64,000 nt of DNA from Callorhinchus milii. Taxonomy: Eukaryota. The notes under the pieces were generated by a model, which was given only the letters and a program-made list of their open reading frames with translations, made no database searches and had not been told where the DNA came from. Position numbers and translations under genes: made by a program. This document shows positions 1 through 12,824 of the stretch, in pieces. The DNA lies in contig NW_024704743.1 in assembly GCF_018977255.1 (NCBI RefSeq), positions 52,144,001 to 52,208,000 on the forward strand, written 5' to 3'. The first letter of the stretch is position 1. Every line of letters begins with the position of its first letter.

Positions 1-143
1 TTATTACCGCCGGAAAGTGATCGGCCAATCAACTAACAACTGGATTTTTACTTATTTTGAGGTAAACAGAGATGTATGGAGTAACGAAACTTGCCTAAGG
101 TTTGTGAGGCGAGCGCGCTAACCACTACCCTACGGGACTTCAC
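1..143 (-). mobile_element. tRNA-derived SINE, long form, 5' part (cut by window edge)
   Basis: Reverse complement gtgaagtcccgtagggtagtggttagcgcgctcgcc...ggcaagtttcgttactcca...ctgtttacc...gttgttagttgattgg matches the copies at 28751 and 61089. Confidence 0.8.
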
Positions 144-1110
144 AGGTACTGACTTTTGTGTACATCCGATTATTGGGGATGCTGCCGTGCTTTTCAATTT
201 CAACCAATAAGACATTTACCTATGTTTATATTCAGTTATTTTTAATAAAGCGATTGAAAATCAGAAAATAAATCTCCTGCCTTTTTCCTCTGTAATGTCT
301 GAAATTAGTTTAGTAACAACGAAGATGTTAAACGTTGTCAAATGATCAACACTGCATGACTAAAATATCACCTCATCTTAGCCTTTTAGAACTGTTGGGC
401 CTTAAAATTCAAGATCATGCAGATTTGTGAAAAATTATTAAACTCAATTTAAATTTCAAAGACATTTTCCACAGTTCTTTAAAAAAACTGACAGAATTTT
501 GAACAATTCTGCACCATCTTAAATTTTAAGACTAAATAGTCTTAGCTCCTGACTCCTCTGAGCTCCTGACACCACATGAGGTATATAAATCATTGTCTAC
601 ATCAGTGGTGACCAATCTGTGGCCCGTTGACCCATCAAGAAGTGACCCCCCCCACTGAACATTCACACAAGTCTAGGTAAGTGAACGTACTTGGGGGGTG
701 AACGTACAGAGAGATCTGGGTGTTTAAGTAAGCGAATCATTAAAGGTAGCGGGGCAGGTAGATAAGGCAGTAAAAAAGGCATTTGGTGTACTGAGCTTTA
801 TTAGTAGGGGCATAGAGTATAAGAGCAGGGAGGTTATGGTTAATCTATACAAAACACTGGTTAGGCTTCAGCTGGAGTACTGCGTCCAGTTCTGAGCATC
901 TTACTTCAGGAAGGACATTAAGGCACTGGAGAGGGTGCAGAGGAGATTCACGAGAATGATACCAGGAATGGGGAACCTTAGCTATGAGGACAGGCTGGAG
1001 AAGTTAGGATTTTTCCCATGAGAGCAGAGAAGGTTACGTGGGGACCTGATAGAGGTCTTCAAGATCATGAAAGGTTTTGACAGGCTAGATAGGGAAGAGG
1101 TGAAAAAATA

Positions 1111-1432
1111 GTGGAGTCCTGTAGCTCAGTGGTTAGAGCACTCGCTTTGCAAGTGAGAGACCTGAGTTCAATTCCAGGCAGGGCGAAACCTTGGGCAAGT
1201 TTCCTTACTCCACACGCCTAATAATAATCTCTCCAAAAAAAAAAAACAATAATTAAATTGGTCATTTTCAATCTATGACTGTTTGTGGGACATTGCTGTG
1301 CGCAATTGGCTGCCGCGTTCGCCCACAAATATACAGTCAACTCACTTTACAGTATATTCTGTGAAGCGCTTTGGGACGTCCTCCCGACGTGAAAAGCGCT
1401 ATATCAAATGCAAGGATTATTATTATTATTAT
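1111..1432 (+). mobile_element. Full-length tRNA-derived SINE, short/young form (Deu-like 3' domain, L2-like tail, (TTA)n end)
   Basis: tRNA-like head with A box tagctcagtggttaga and B box gagttcaattcc; gtgggacattgctgtgcgcaattggctgccgcgtt resembles the DeuSINE 3' domain; near-identical copies at 57368-57677 and 63791. Confidence 0.92.
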
Positions 1433-1501
1433 AAAAGCTGTTTCCTGCTCAGGGAAATCTTGTTGTTGTTGTTGTTGTCTTAAGATATCTACCAAAAGAA
1501 G

Positions 1502-1898
1502 CAACAAAAACAAGATTTCATTTATAGAGCGCCTTTCACGTCGGGAGGACGTCCCAAGGCACTGGACAATTGGGTCGGGACCCGAGCAGGGGGGAAATGG
1601 TCAGGGTGAGGGGAGGGAAGGGAGGGAGCGAGGAGGGGGTAGAGAATCGAGAGGGGAGCTGAAGGCGTGGTCGAAGAAAAACGTCTTGAGACGGGCCTTG
1701 AAGGAGGAAAGGGAGGAAGCGGTGAAGGCACTGGGGGAGTTCCAGAGCCTGGGGGCTGAGAGGCTGAAGGTCCAGCCACCGATGGTAGAGCGGTTGGGGT
1801 GGGGGATGTGGAGCAGACCGGAGAAAGAGGAACGGAGGGTATGGACAGATAAGTAGGGGGATAGTAGGTCAGAGAGGTAGGAGGGAGCAAGGCCGTGA
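1502..1898 (-). mobile_element. L2-clade LINE 3' fragment
   Basis: Minus strand ends ...gggacgtcctcccgacgtgaaaggcgctctataaatg(a)aatcttgtt(t)ttgttg; near-identical to 61630-61800; includes the typical L2 ORF2 end (LWNSPSA...FKARLKTFFF). Confidence 0.88.
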
Positions 1899-4172
1899 AT
1901 GGAGATTTTTTCACTCAGCGAGTTGTTCGAATTTGGAATGATCTGCCTGAAAAGGTAGTGAAATCCGATTTGATAACAGGTTTTAAGAGAGAACTGGACA
2001 GGTATCTGGGGAAGACGGGTTTGCAGGGTTATGGGGAGAAAGCTGGTGATTGGGTTTAGTGAAAGTGACTTGCTCTGTCAAAGAGCCGACACAGACTCGA
2101 TGGGCCAAATGGCCTCCTTCTGTGCCGTAACATTCTATGAATCTATGAAAAAAAATTACGTGTTGGATTGGTAGTGTGTTTTCAGTTTTTTCTTGATTGA
2201 ATGTTTCTTGATTTATGCCATAAATCAAGAAATATTCAATGAAGAAAATGTATTTTGTTGGTCAACCATAAAGGTTAGCCACCACTGGTCAACATGTGGG
2301 GCAAAAATATCTATATCCCATCCAAGATTTCTAATCTCTGAGTTCATAACACATCAAAACATAATTTATTCCCTCTAAACTAGAACCAATGATAAGTGGT
2401 GACAGTAGGGAGAGTGTTCTGGGGGATGAGATTGGATGAGCTAAAGGGCCTTCCTCACCGGGGCCAATTTTGTGATCTTGTGAACTACATGAACTTTCTT
2501 GATTGTGGAAAATACAATTGGAGACATTTCAAGCAACATCGCAGCAAGCTTTGTTTTAACTTGGTCTTTATCTTTGTTTTAGTTTGTTGCTTGATGGTGC
2601 TAGGTGCATACATACGTATGGAGTCACAGGAATGTGAAAGTCCAGAATAGATGCTTATCTTTCTGACCAATCCCAAATGCCATTATCTAGCTCTCATAAT
2701 ATTCATCGACATCATAAAGCTATCTAATTCCCTCTTGAAATTGTCACAGTTCTGTGTTCTGTCAGTGCCATGTACATCACATTAAATCAATGCAGTAATT
2801 CTATTCACCCACTTAAAGCAAATCCGCAACTACTGCCACAGAAAAGGCACCGAGTTTATTTTTCAGAGAGCTGGCATGACAGAAATGAATTTTCCACAAA
2901 AGTCAAAATTACACCTCTCCATTGATTGCCCCTTAGTTCGGCTGACATTGAATTGTCTTTATCTTCTCGTTTGAGACTTTTGAACAATTTTAATAATAAA
3001 TAATAAGCGTTCATCTAATCTGGTGCCTACAATGTTGAGAATGTCTCAAAGTGCTTCACAAACTTTAAGACTTTTTAAGCTTTGTATTTTAAGTCTTAAG
3101 GATCAAAAGATAAGCGATTTCAGGCCTCTGATTCCAGACAACCAGAGATTGTCATTGAAACTCATCTGTTTTTTTTGTGTGGATCTCTCCAATTAAATGT
3201 ACCCATAAACTGGATGTACAATTAACCAAATATAAACATTGAGTGCTAGATAGTACTCCAATCCTTGCTGGATTATATCTTGAGGAAATGATTAGACTTC
3301 AAACTGAGACCACAACCAAGTAAATGCATACTTTACCTGTAAGACCTGTCACTAAGCCAGACAGCAAGTACTTGTGAATCACTTTGAGACATTTTGATGT
3401 ACTAAAGCATCATAAAAATGCAAGTTCTTTCTTTACATGCTAACACTCCTGTTTTCCTCGGACAGTTCCTTGTGCATTGCAACGTACTTAGGACATGAGG
3501 AAATAGCTTTACGTCCAATTTGGTTTAATCCGAGCAAGTTGAAAGGAAGGTGACCCTTAAATTCATATCCTTTAAAATCAAATGCTTTTCAAGAGGAAGA
3601 ACAGCACTACGTTTAAATAAATTAATCTCCCTCACACAGTACTTCTGTCACGAATGTCACTGCTGCATTTAAACTGACTGGACAACCCAGTATTTGCAGA
3701 CTCAGATGTATCTTCCATCTGCTCCTCCCCCAATACCTTCTTACAAAGCCTGTTGGAATAACAATCTGAACACTGATAGCTTTGTAAATGCTTCCTGATG
3801 GACTTTAGTAATTACTGCATCAGTGAAGCTTAGATCTCTAACTCAACTGAGCATACCTTCTTGTGGGATATTTATATCTCAAATGACTGGGAGCCAAGAT
3901 GAAGGAAGGAGATATTTACTCATCACTTCCGAAAGATGTTGTTAATTTCATATCTTTTTGAATCAGATTTTTTAAAAATCATGTTTTGAGTGATATTTCT
4001 GCAGCAACTGTGCCAACTTTTGCCTGTTCACTCTTTCAATTAAGACATGTATCAGGCTGGAGGCATGGGAATGGGGTTATGCATTGCAATGAACCAAGAA
4101 GCAGTGTGGGAGGGAATGTAAATCTTTGATATATTATAGTTATTCAAATGCAAGTTTAAGTACAATTGATTT

Positions 4173-4305
4173 AATAATAATAATCTGTGCATTTAATTTA
4201 GTGCCTTATCATGTCATTGAGACACCTCAAAGTGCTTCAAAGAATATACTGTAAAGTGAATTACCTGTATGTTTTGTGGGTGAAACTCGGCAGCCAATTG
4301 CGCAG
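4173..4305 (-). mobile_element. SINE 3' fragment
   Basis: aataataataatc...ctcaaagtgcttc...tactgtaaagtgaatt...gtgggtgaaactcggcagccaattgcgca is the reverse of the SINE 3' half. Confidence 0.8.
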
Positions 4306-6407
4306 TTTTATATCTCTTTCTTTTAAATGTCCCTGAAATTATGATAAATTCTGATTTCTTTATTTTACAAAAAAAAAGGAAGACTGCTTTTCCTTTTTAC
4401 TATGAACATTACATCTTAACTGGGCCAACAGTAACGATGAGAATTCAAGGAGAGGAGTCTGAGTTGGCTCCAGTGAGACTGTGACACAAGTGATCCAACT
4501 GCATAACAGGTGAGCTAACAAGCGAGGAGTTAGTCATTTTTGCAAACACAAGCTGTGCAAAACAAATACGCCTCCGGAGTTCTAAATGTGTTTCTGCGTC
4601 TTATTATTTTTCCCCCCACTTGTCATTGTGTATTTTGCTTCCTTTGCAGACAGTGGATTTTTTTTTTAAAAAATTGCAACGCTTCAGTCAAATGCATTGC
4701 ATCGTCGAGTGCATATAATCTCAGGGTGCTGCATACAACTGGCCGACATGATTGAACGACCATTGCAGGAACTGGCTGTTTGAAGGTGGGCATTTTTAAT
4801 TTAACACTGTGTTTCATTTATTTTCAATGACCATTTGATTTATGAGGATTGCCCCCGAGGGGGATGATGATGTCAGCTGACTAGGAGGTGTGGGGAAGAC
4901 TGCGGTTCTGTGAGCAAATAGCCTGAAGGAGAAGAGTGTCAAGTGACTGGAGGAGTGGACTGGAGGAGCGTGAGGCTGTGAGGATGCAGTGTGTGACTGA
5001 TTATCAGGCACTGGACCTGTGGGAGGATCATGCTGGGCTCTTCCTGGGCAAGATGTTGCTCCACTACCCATAGCCATAGTAGAAACTCCTCCATAAGATT
5101 TACGGGGCATGTGTGAAGCAGACAGAACTTCTAATTAAACTAAGCATCATGCAAATGCTGCCGAGTCAGTGAACCCGGGAGCTGGCTGCACAGTGTGGAT
5201 GTGACAGTCGGTTCGTCCTGTATGATTGTAATTACAATTGGGATCACTCTATTAGGGTCAGGAAAAAAAATTGAAACATGTCAAACTGGGGCTGATGATC
5301 CGAAGTGATATGGAACCTGACATGTTAGTCCGACTTTCCGCCCAAACCTTTCCTACACAACGTTGATGTCAGCAGCGAGAAAGGCACCCCATCCCCTCCC
5401 TGCTCTCTCCCGGGCAGCTTTAGTGACTGTAAATGCTTTGACAATTACCATATGTGTCTGGAAGTGACCATATGTGACAGTGTGCGGGGTGGTTATGTGC
5501 CAGTCTGGGGCTTTGAGGATCTGTAAAAACATGTGTCAAACTAAACACTGGGAGATTCTCTGATCCCTTCACTGCACTGGTGTACAGTCTAACGAAGGCT
5601 CTTTTGTGTGTGTTTGTTTGTTTGTTTTCAAACCCATTTATACCTGTTATTTTTTTTTGCAGCCACACTCAGAATATAAAGCTGTAACACTCACACAGCG
5701 CCAGTTCCTGCCTGATCAGATTTAATTGGTGTGGCCAAATGATTTGTTGCACTAAATATTTTTGAAGTGGCATATTTATATTATTAGTGCAGCGTTGTAA
5801 CATTTTGCTCCTTTGTTTTATCCAACTGCAGTGATATAGTTTCTGCCTTTCGGTTTCTTTCGAGATGTTGCTGTTGTTTTTTTTTTGCCAGAATGACTTA
5901 CGATCCACAAGCCATACCAAAAAAAAACTTAATTTATTATTTTAAACTTAAAAGTTCATATCCCTCATTAGCCCCAAAAGTATTCAATGCAACTTTAATT
6001 GCCTCTAATTGATTTCCAACTGACAAGTCATCCACAAAATAGTATGTGTGTTTATTGTAGGAGGAGGTGGTCGTTTGAGACCTGCATGTTATGATGGACT
6101 ACGTTTTTCCCTAACGTTCATGAAATATGCTGTTTTATTGTCGATCTGCATATTGTGCTACTCCATCAAACAGAACAGCTTCAGAAACTGCTTCCCGTAC
6201 TATATAATAAAAGTTAATTCCGGAGGAAGTCGAGAGATGCTTTTCTAAAACATCTCTGTTACACCTTAGATGGTATGTTGGCATTTTACTTAATTGTTCC
6301 TGGAAACCGGTTGCACAAAGCTTGAACATTAGCTCGCATTTTATCTTCAGTAATCTAGGCCTATCTATCCTTTATATTTCTGGGACCAATGGTGCTTATA
6401 ATAGTAA

Positions 6408-6503
6408 CATAATCCTTGCGTTTGATATAACACGTTGAAACGTCTCAAAGCGCTTCACAGAATATACTGTAAAGTGAATTAACTATTTTTGTGGGCCAAA
6501 CGT
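6408..6503 (-). mobile_element. SINE 3' fragment
   Basis: taatccttgcgtttgatata...gtctcaaagcgcttcacagaatatactgtaaagtgaatt. Confidence 0.8.
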
Positions 6504-8301
6504 TGGAGGTGTAGGAATAAATCTACATGGTATGTAAACGCAACCTCCAATATTTGCTGAACTCCTGACTGTAATGTGGTTCTCAGTGCGCAGTGGAAAG
6601 AATTATTTGTTTGCTTTTAGTGCTTTCAGAAGTATTTCGTTTTAAGAATTGATTTCCACTCAACGCTTATTATCAGACCTAAGAAGGGTCATTTATGTTT
6701 TTCCAGTAAAAGCAAATGGGGGAAAAAGTTTCATGCAGATTTATTACAGTGAGTGCACGAGTCAAAAAGGTGAGTGTTTGTAGGGGACTGGTTTCTTTGT
6801 TTTACAAAAAATACCTAGGATTTCCCCAAGCCTGCATGAAAATCAGCCACATGAATCTCTAATGGGAGGCGATTTAAAAGGTGCGAGGGGGGGAAACCGT
6901 TTAATACAAGTTATGTGACCCTGAACTCTATGGACATGGCTCCATTGCCAGCAGTTGCAGAGTTTGCAAACGGTAACGAGTGATACAGGAGAGAGAGGGG
7001 GGGTGGTCGTGAAGGCTAATAGGAATTTAAATGTGATTGAAGCAGCACTGACCGTGCCTGAGTGACAGCACATCAGGACTCTTGCTTGCATATATTTACA
7101 CTGCTTCTTACCGCGTTACTCTGCCTATACCGAGCACATGCAACGCCCTAAGAAGTGATAGGGACAACACTGATTGCAAAGCAGCCAAGTGTAGTACTGT
7201 AGTATTATTATGGCCATTAAATATTCTAGTTATACGGTGGTAGAGATTTGTAGTAACGGACGGCCGTAGTAATCAAAATAAAAACTGAGAATTATGTAAA
7301 TGTGAATGTGCACATGGGGGGGGGGGAGATAAAAGAAACAGTTCAACGTTTCAAGTGTGGTTCTTCATTAAACTGTCTATAATATCCTTTACAGCGTTTC
7401 ATTACCTCTCTCGCATTAACGGCAGTATTATTCAGAAATAGACAATACTTTAATTGAGTGGAAACTAATATGGTTTAAAAAAAACACGACCACCGATCAC
7501 AATAATCCATTCACTGCACTATAATCATGGTTATCCCCATACCCCTCCCCCCCAAAAAAAACGTCAAAGATGGGTGAAAACTTATTTTCCGTCCTGGTGT
7601 GTTGTGTTGTTATAGAAACGTACTCAAGAAACAAAACAAAAAAAAAGGAGGAAAGTGCTGTAATGATGATGAAGCTGTTGATGGCTGTGACAGTTATGGG
7701 AAACGATATTGACAGGATTGGTGTGAGGGTCAGCCCCCCCCGCCCTGTGAGGCTTGGATTGATAGCTTTGCCTGTAGTGTATTGATTTGCCTCGTCTAAG
7801 TGTCGGCGTTCCCACCAGGAACACCCAGATTGGCGCAGCTTTCCTGCTAAACAAGTGCAAGCTCACTGGGGGTCCCTGTGTACGGGAGTCTGGCACATCT
7901 GGACAACCCAAAGTTTTCCTCACGCTTTATTCTTCGACCAAGATATAGATTTATGTATACTTATATATTGCCCGTTTCCACGCTACGTTTATTGAATGGC
8001 TGAATCGTTGGGTACTTGTTTCAGTTGCATCAAGAAACTCAGATATATACTGTCGATTATTTTTATATTTTTTTAAAAAAAAAGGATTGAACTTTCTTAA
8101 AAGGGGGTGCAGAGCATTTCACGATCACACTGATGGCGAAGACTTCTCCGGGGGGAATACTGCATCTTCGAGGAGAGTGAAGCGCAGAGCTGTGCAGATC
8201 CAGTACGTCACTGTGTTACTGAAGTGTTTGTGGAGCTCGGGGGCTGAAAACATATCCCCACCTGTGCGTGGAGCAGATCGAGTGGGAAATGCCTGCATCA
8301 G

Positions 8302-8332
<31 letters not shown>

Positions 8333-11300
8333 GACATCACCAATAAGATCTGCAGACTCCGCACTTGGACGCAGCGACAATTCAACTCAACTTCCTGATG
8401 GATGCGGGCATACCAATGGAAACGTGCGAGCACTGAACAGGTAACCACATAAAACACCCTTTTTTTTTTCTCTCTCTCTCTCTCTCTCGTGTCTGCTTAC
8501 AAGCATTCGCCTTTGGTCGCGCCGAGTGTTGTTTTTATTGTAAGGGAGTTCTCTTTGTAAACTTTGCAAAGTCTGTGGACAATAGGAATTATGTATCCGT
8601 GCGCTGAAGTACTGACATTTAAAAGGACCATCTGTATCGTGAGCAAATTGCCGATAAGGAATTTGCTTGAAAACTGTTTGCATCCACTGTTAGTTAGAAC
8701 TCGACGTTTAATGCAGTCACGTAAATGCAAGATCTTATCGTGCATTTATTTTTCAATTTGGCCTAATGTAACGGGACATGAAGAATTGACGATCCGGGCG
8801 ATTCGTTGTCAACTTAGGATGTCCATTTACCAGTCAATTGCACAGGTAAACTCTGGGTTAGAGTCAGTATCCATCAAATCCATCTCTGTGTTTCAGAAAG
8901 ATCATGTGCTTAAGAACAGTTGAGTTAAGAATAACAGCATCTTAACTTTGACTTTAGAGGGTAAATGCACAATGCACAACGAGGAGCATCAGGCAGGACT
9001 CCTTCTACGGACATGTCTCGAAAGAATAAGTTTCATCTTGACGTGGCGTGAATTAAAACTGGGAGCTCAAACTGCATTGTGTTCATTTATAACTAGTCAT
9101 TTAAGTAACCTTGATGTCGCTCAGAATTGTGAACGCGTTTGATAGATGCTGTTTGGAAACCTGCAGTGTCTGTTTAAATCAACCCTAAAAATGTTGCAAG
9201 GCGACATCTCAAATAGCTGTGGTCTTTAAACCTTTGAATAATTAACTTCGAGCGATTGCTTCCGAAGGTAGGTTTAACGTGGCGAAGTTTCTTCTTTTGT
9301 GGGTGTTCTCTACTTTTTAACAAAGACACACACACGCACACGTTTCTTTGTATATTATTATTATTATTTGTAGGCAAAATGCATCCTTGCTCCCCTCCTT
9401 CGGTTTAGGATTGTGCAAAGACGATCTGATGCCCCTGAACTGGTGGAGGGAGCCTGAGACTGGGGGAATGGGCGCTGATGGCTCGCTTTAGCGTTCAACT
9501 TGCTCATGTCACCGCTCTAAATGGACAACATGTAGCTCTCCCGTTATTTGTCAGCCAGTGTCACGTTTGTTTTAAATCTTTAACGTGAACATTTCCTGAC
9601 TCCGTTTCAGGGAGTGCTGCTTTCGGTTGCAGCATGTACACTGATGTGCCTAAATATTTCATGGGCCACTTCGCTCCTCGTAGCTTTACGCGGAGAGGGA
9701 TTGAGGAAGAGCGAAGGAGGAAGAAGCCCCCTTTTTATTAAGGGAGCCCAGAATATACAGTGCAGGCGTCAAGAACACAGTCAGTTAAAAATAAACGATA
9801 TGGGAGTGGTGGGGGGGTGACAGTTCACGCTGTAAATGCATCTAACCTTTGCTGATACGGCAGAAGGGTTTTATAGGTGGTGGCAAAGGGTAGCCAGCGG
9901 TCTACATCATGCTGGTATTTTTTTAAAATCAAGTATAAAACACTGGTATTACAGTTCTGTTCAGTCGATGCAGCATTTCCATTTTAATGCCAATATAATT
10001 ATTGAAAGGGTGCAAAGTAAGTGTGTACCCTATTGTTTAATCTTGTTTTGTAATTTCAATACACAATCTTATTAGCAGGCAAATACAAGTAAACCAGGAC
10101 CTCTGTGTGATTGTATGACTGGTGTCTTTAACAGCACTTATTGAATCCAACAGGAGAAAAAGCCTCGGTCGGACCCTGTTCACCGTTTACAAAGATTGTG
10201 AACTTGCAGTTGTGACTGATATCTTTCTTTATCTTTATTCTTCATCAAGTCTCGTCATCTCACTGAAACAGTTTACAGCACTGGGAAAATAACTTGACAT
10301 GTGCGAGCGACCTTCGCTTCCAAACGCCTACCTACGTGTTCCCATTATCACCATCTCCTGTGCTCACTCGTGCATTGGTAATGCGTTTTCTTAGGTTATT
10401 CGAAGTTTTGTAGTGGTTGATATCTTGACACACACAACAGGACTACCTTTATTACCTTTATTAAAGAGAGTAATGTACAGACAGACGCTTCCCGATTGCA
10501 CTACATTCACATGCTCTCTCTGCCCACTCTGTCTTGTTTTCAAAGCCCCAAAGGACAAAGCTGTTCTTTCTAAATCGCGAGCAAACCGACTCGGGCCTGT
10601 GAATGGCAAATGTGATAGTTATAGTTCAGTTTATTCCGAACTGCACAGGGTTAAACAAAACAGGAACAATATCACCCTGGAGTCTATTCATACATAAAGC
10701 CATAAGACGATCTGAACTTCTGGGATACAATATTAACAGCAGAGAAAAAAATATGGAATAGGCTTCGAAAATTGATGTGCAATTAAGAATAAAAGTTATA
10801 TATCTTAAAATTGCGATATAATTGCGCCAAGCACTTAAATGAAGTTCACTAAATTTGCAATTCGCAAGCGAGCGACCCATATTCCCTGGTAAGTGATTGC
10901 AATGACATGAGAACGCACAGGAGAAGGTGAACGTGTTAATAAGTGACCTATTCCAGCACAGAGTGTGTGTGTGTGTGGGGGAGGGAGGGAGGGAGGGTGT
11001 GTGTGTGTGGGGTGGGGGAGGTGGGGGTACAGTCAGATGCAAATAGCAGGATACTGTGCACCTGTAGAAATATAGCACCATGAATAAGGAAACTACTGTT
11101 CTCGAATTACTTAACACTCAAACTTTTTCTTCAATAAAAGGCCCACACACGTTATATTTTACTGCTGAAAGAATAAAAATAAACCCACTTCACAGTTCAT
11201 TCGCGAAATAAATTATTAGCAACTTTTTAATAACCGTTTCTGTAAGTTGCATATTTTTTTGAGAACCAAATTGGAAGAATGCAATTTGTATTGGTAGAAG

Positions 11301-12634
11301 TGCTCAACTGCATGTCTGGTAATATACTGGCTGATCCGTCTGGATATTTTAAATGCAGGTAATTTTCATTATTTTTAAAAAGCCTTTAATATGTCAAAAT
11401 ACTGTTCTACAAAGACTAACTCAATTTGGGAACACGTACTTTCATCTGTAAATTGAAGCAATTATGCAGAAGATATTATATTATGTAGACTGTGGTCTCT
11501 GGATAGTCATCAATCACCCACTATCGAGCTGTCAAAGCAGGCAGATTCGTTTCTTGGAGGCAGTCTTCCAGCTGGGGAGAATCGTAGAACATCATCATTA
11601 ATTAGAGTGTGACCCCGCGGCTATTCACATGTCTGAACCCATGAACATTTGAGCAAGTCTACACACCATGGGTTTGTACAGAAATCTACCACCAAAGCAA
11701 GACATGATTTAAGGTGGAGAGGACCTTCAGTGTGTTTATCTGTTACAGGAAGTCAGGCAGCTCCGCCCGTCTGTCTATCTGTCTATGTAGATAGATAGAT
11801 TCTGATAGATAAAATCCACAGATAGAGAGGTGCATTCACAATGTGGAGAAGGTGCTGTGCTAAAACGGCACCAAGTGCACTTTGGCTCCATTATTTCAGG
11901 TAATGTATGCACACTCACCCTCACCCCACAAACCCTAGGTTATTAAATGCAATGCTTCAGGTTCCTGCATTGATTCAGTGGCAGCGACAATCCTCTGTGA
12001 CCCACCATTCATATACACTAGAAAACCTTTATTCTGGTTTTCAGTTAAAGGATGCGGCAGCGTTCAATGTTTCAGGAATCATTGACACCACAGTGGCGTG
12101 TAGACCAAATTACCAACACACCCGCTGTTTATTGTTTCCGATAAACTTTGCACCTTTCTGTGTGACTCTGTTAGTGGAATCGACAACCTCTTGTAGTTTC
12201 AGACTTTAATACTGCGTATAAAAAGTAGACTTATTATCTTCTATGCATATGCTACAAAATACTGTATATATCTAGAATCGATTTGCACTTTACAGCTGGT
12301 TGTCAGTTTAATTGACTGGCTGGGGGTTTATATGAATAAAAGTAGCGAGCATCAATGGATTGAAATATTGTGGAGCTGACTGTTGCTTTGACTGTGTGTA
12401 GACTTTCCAGGCTGTGTGCCTGTCCTCTATTAGTCTATTGCGATGGGGTGGAGCACAAGTTGCAGCTGTTCATTAATATATTTCTAATTAAATTCGGGCT
12501 CGATCCCAAGCGATCAGAGAAGAACCATTAACCCAATAACAGGGACCGCACTCTGAGTCACCCAACCTAACATTATCTGCATTACAATATACAAGGTACG
12601 TCAATGGCTCGAGTTGGCTCAATTGTGATATTTT

Positions 12635-12775
12635 ACCTATTGGGAATCAAAATCTACTGATAGATGATTGACAGTGTTTTGACAACTCCTATGTTCATTT
12701 TCCTGCTTTGAAAGTATTCTGAAGTTAAGGAGGAATGGTTTTTCCTTTAACAGCCTTCATCTGACGTCACACCCA
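12635..12775 (+). promoter_or_regulatory. Proximal regulatory motif cluster upstream of the Irx4 ATG
   Basis: ATTGG (reverse CCAAT) 12639-12643, exact Pbx/Meis-Prep decamer TGATTGACAG 12665-12674, second TGACA 12680-12684, palindromic CRE TGACGTCA 12762-12769. Confidence 0.5.
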
Positions 12776-12824
12776 GTGATATTAACTAAGTTCACTTGCA
12801 AAACAGTTTATCCGACTGCATTTC

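Larger units (their letters stand above)
700..2148 (+). mobile_element. 5'-truncated CR1-clade LINE (ORF2 C-terminus and 3'UTR), interrupted by a SINE and an L2
   Basis: Translates QRDLGV*VSESLKVAGQVDKAVKKAFGVLSFISRGIEYKSREVMVNLYKTLVRLQLEYCVQF*...KALERVQRRFTRMIPG...RRLRGDLIEVFKIMKGFD. Resumes ~1900 (FFTQRVVRIWNDLPEKVV) and ends with the CR1 tail gatgggccaaatggcctccttctg...(ttctatga)n. Confidence 0.93.

Noticed and set aside
1113..1185. tRNA gene (also at 28751, 57605-57677, 61089, 63791)
   Set aside because: These are SINE heads continuing into a SINE body and tail; no proper acceptor-stem closure.
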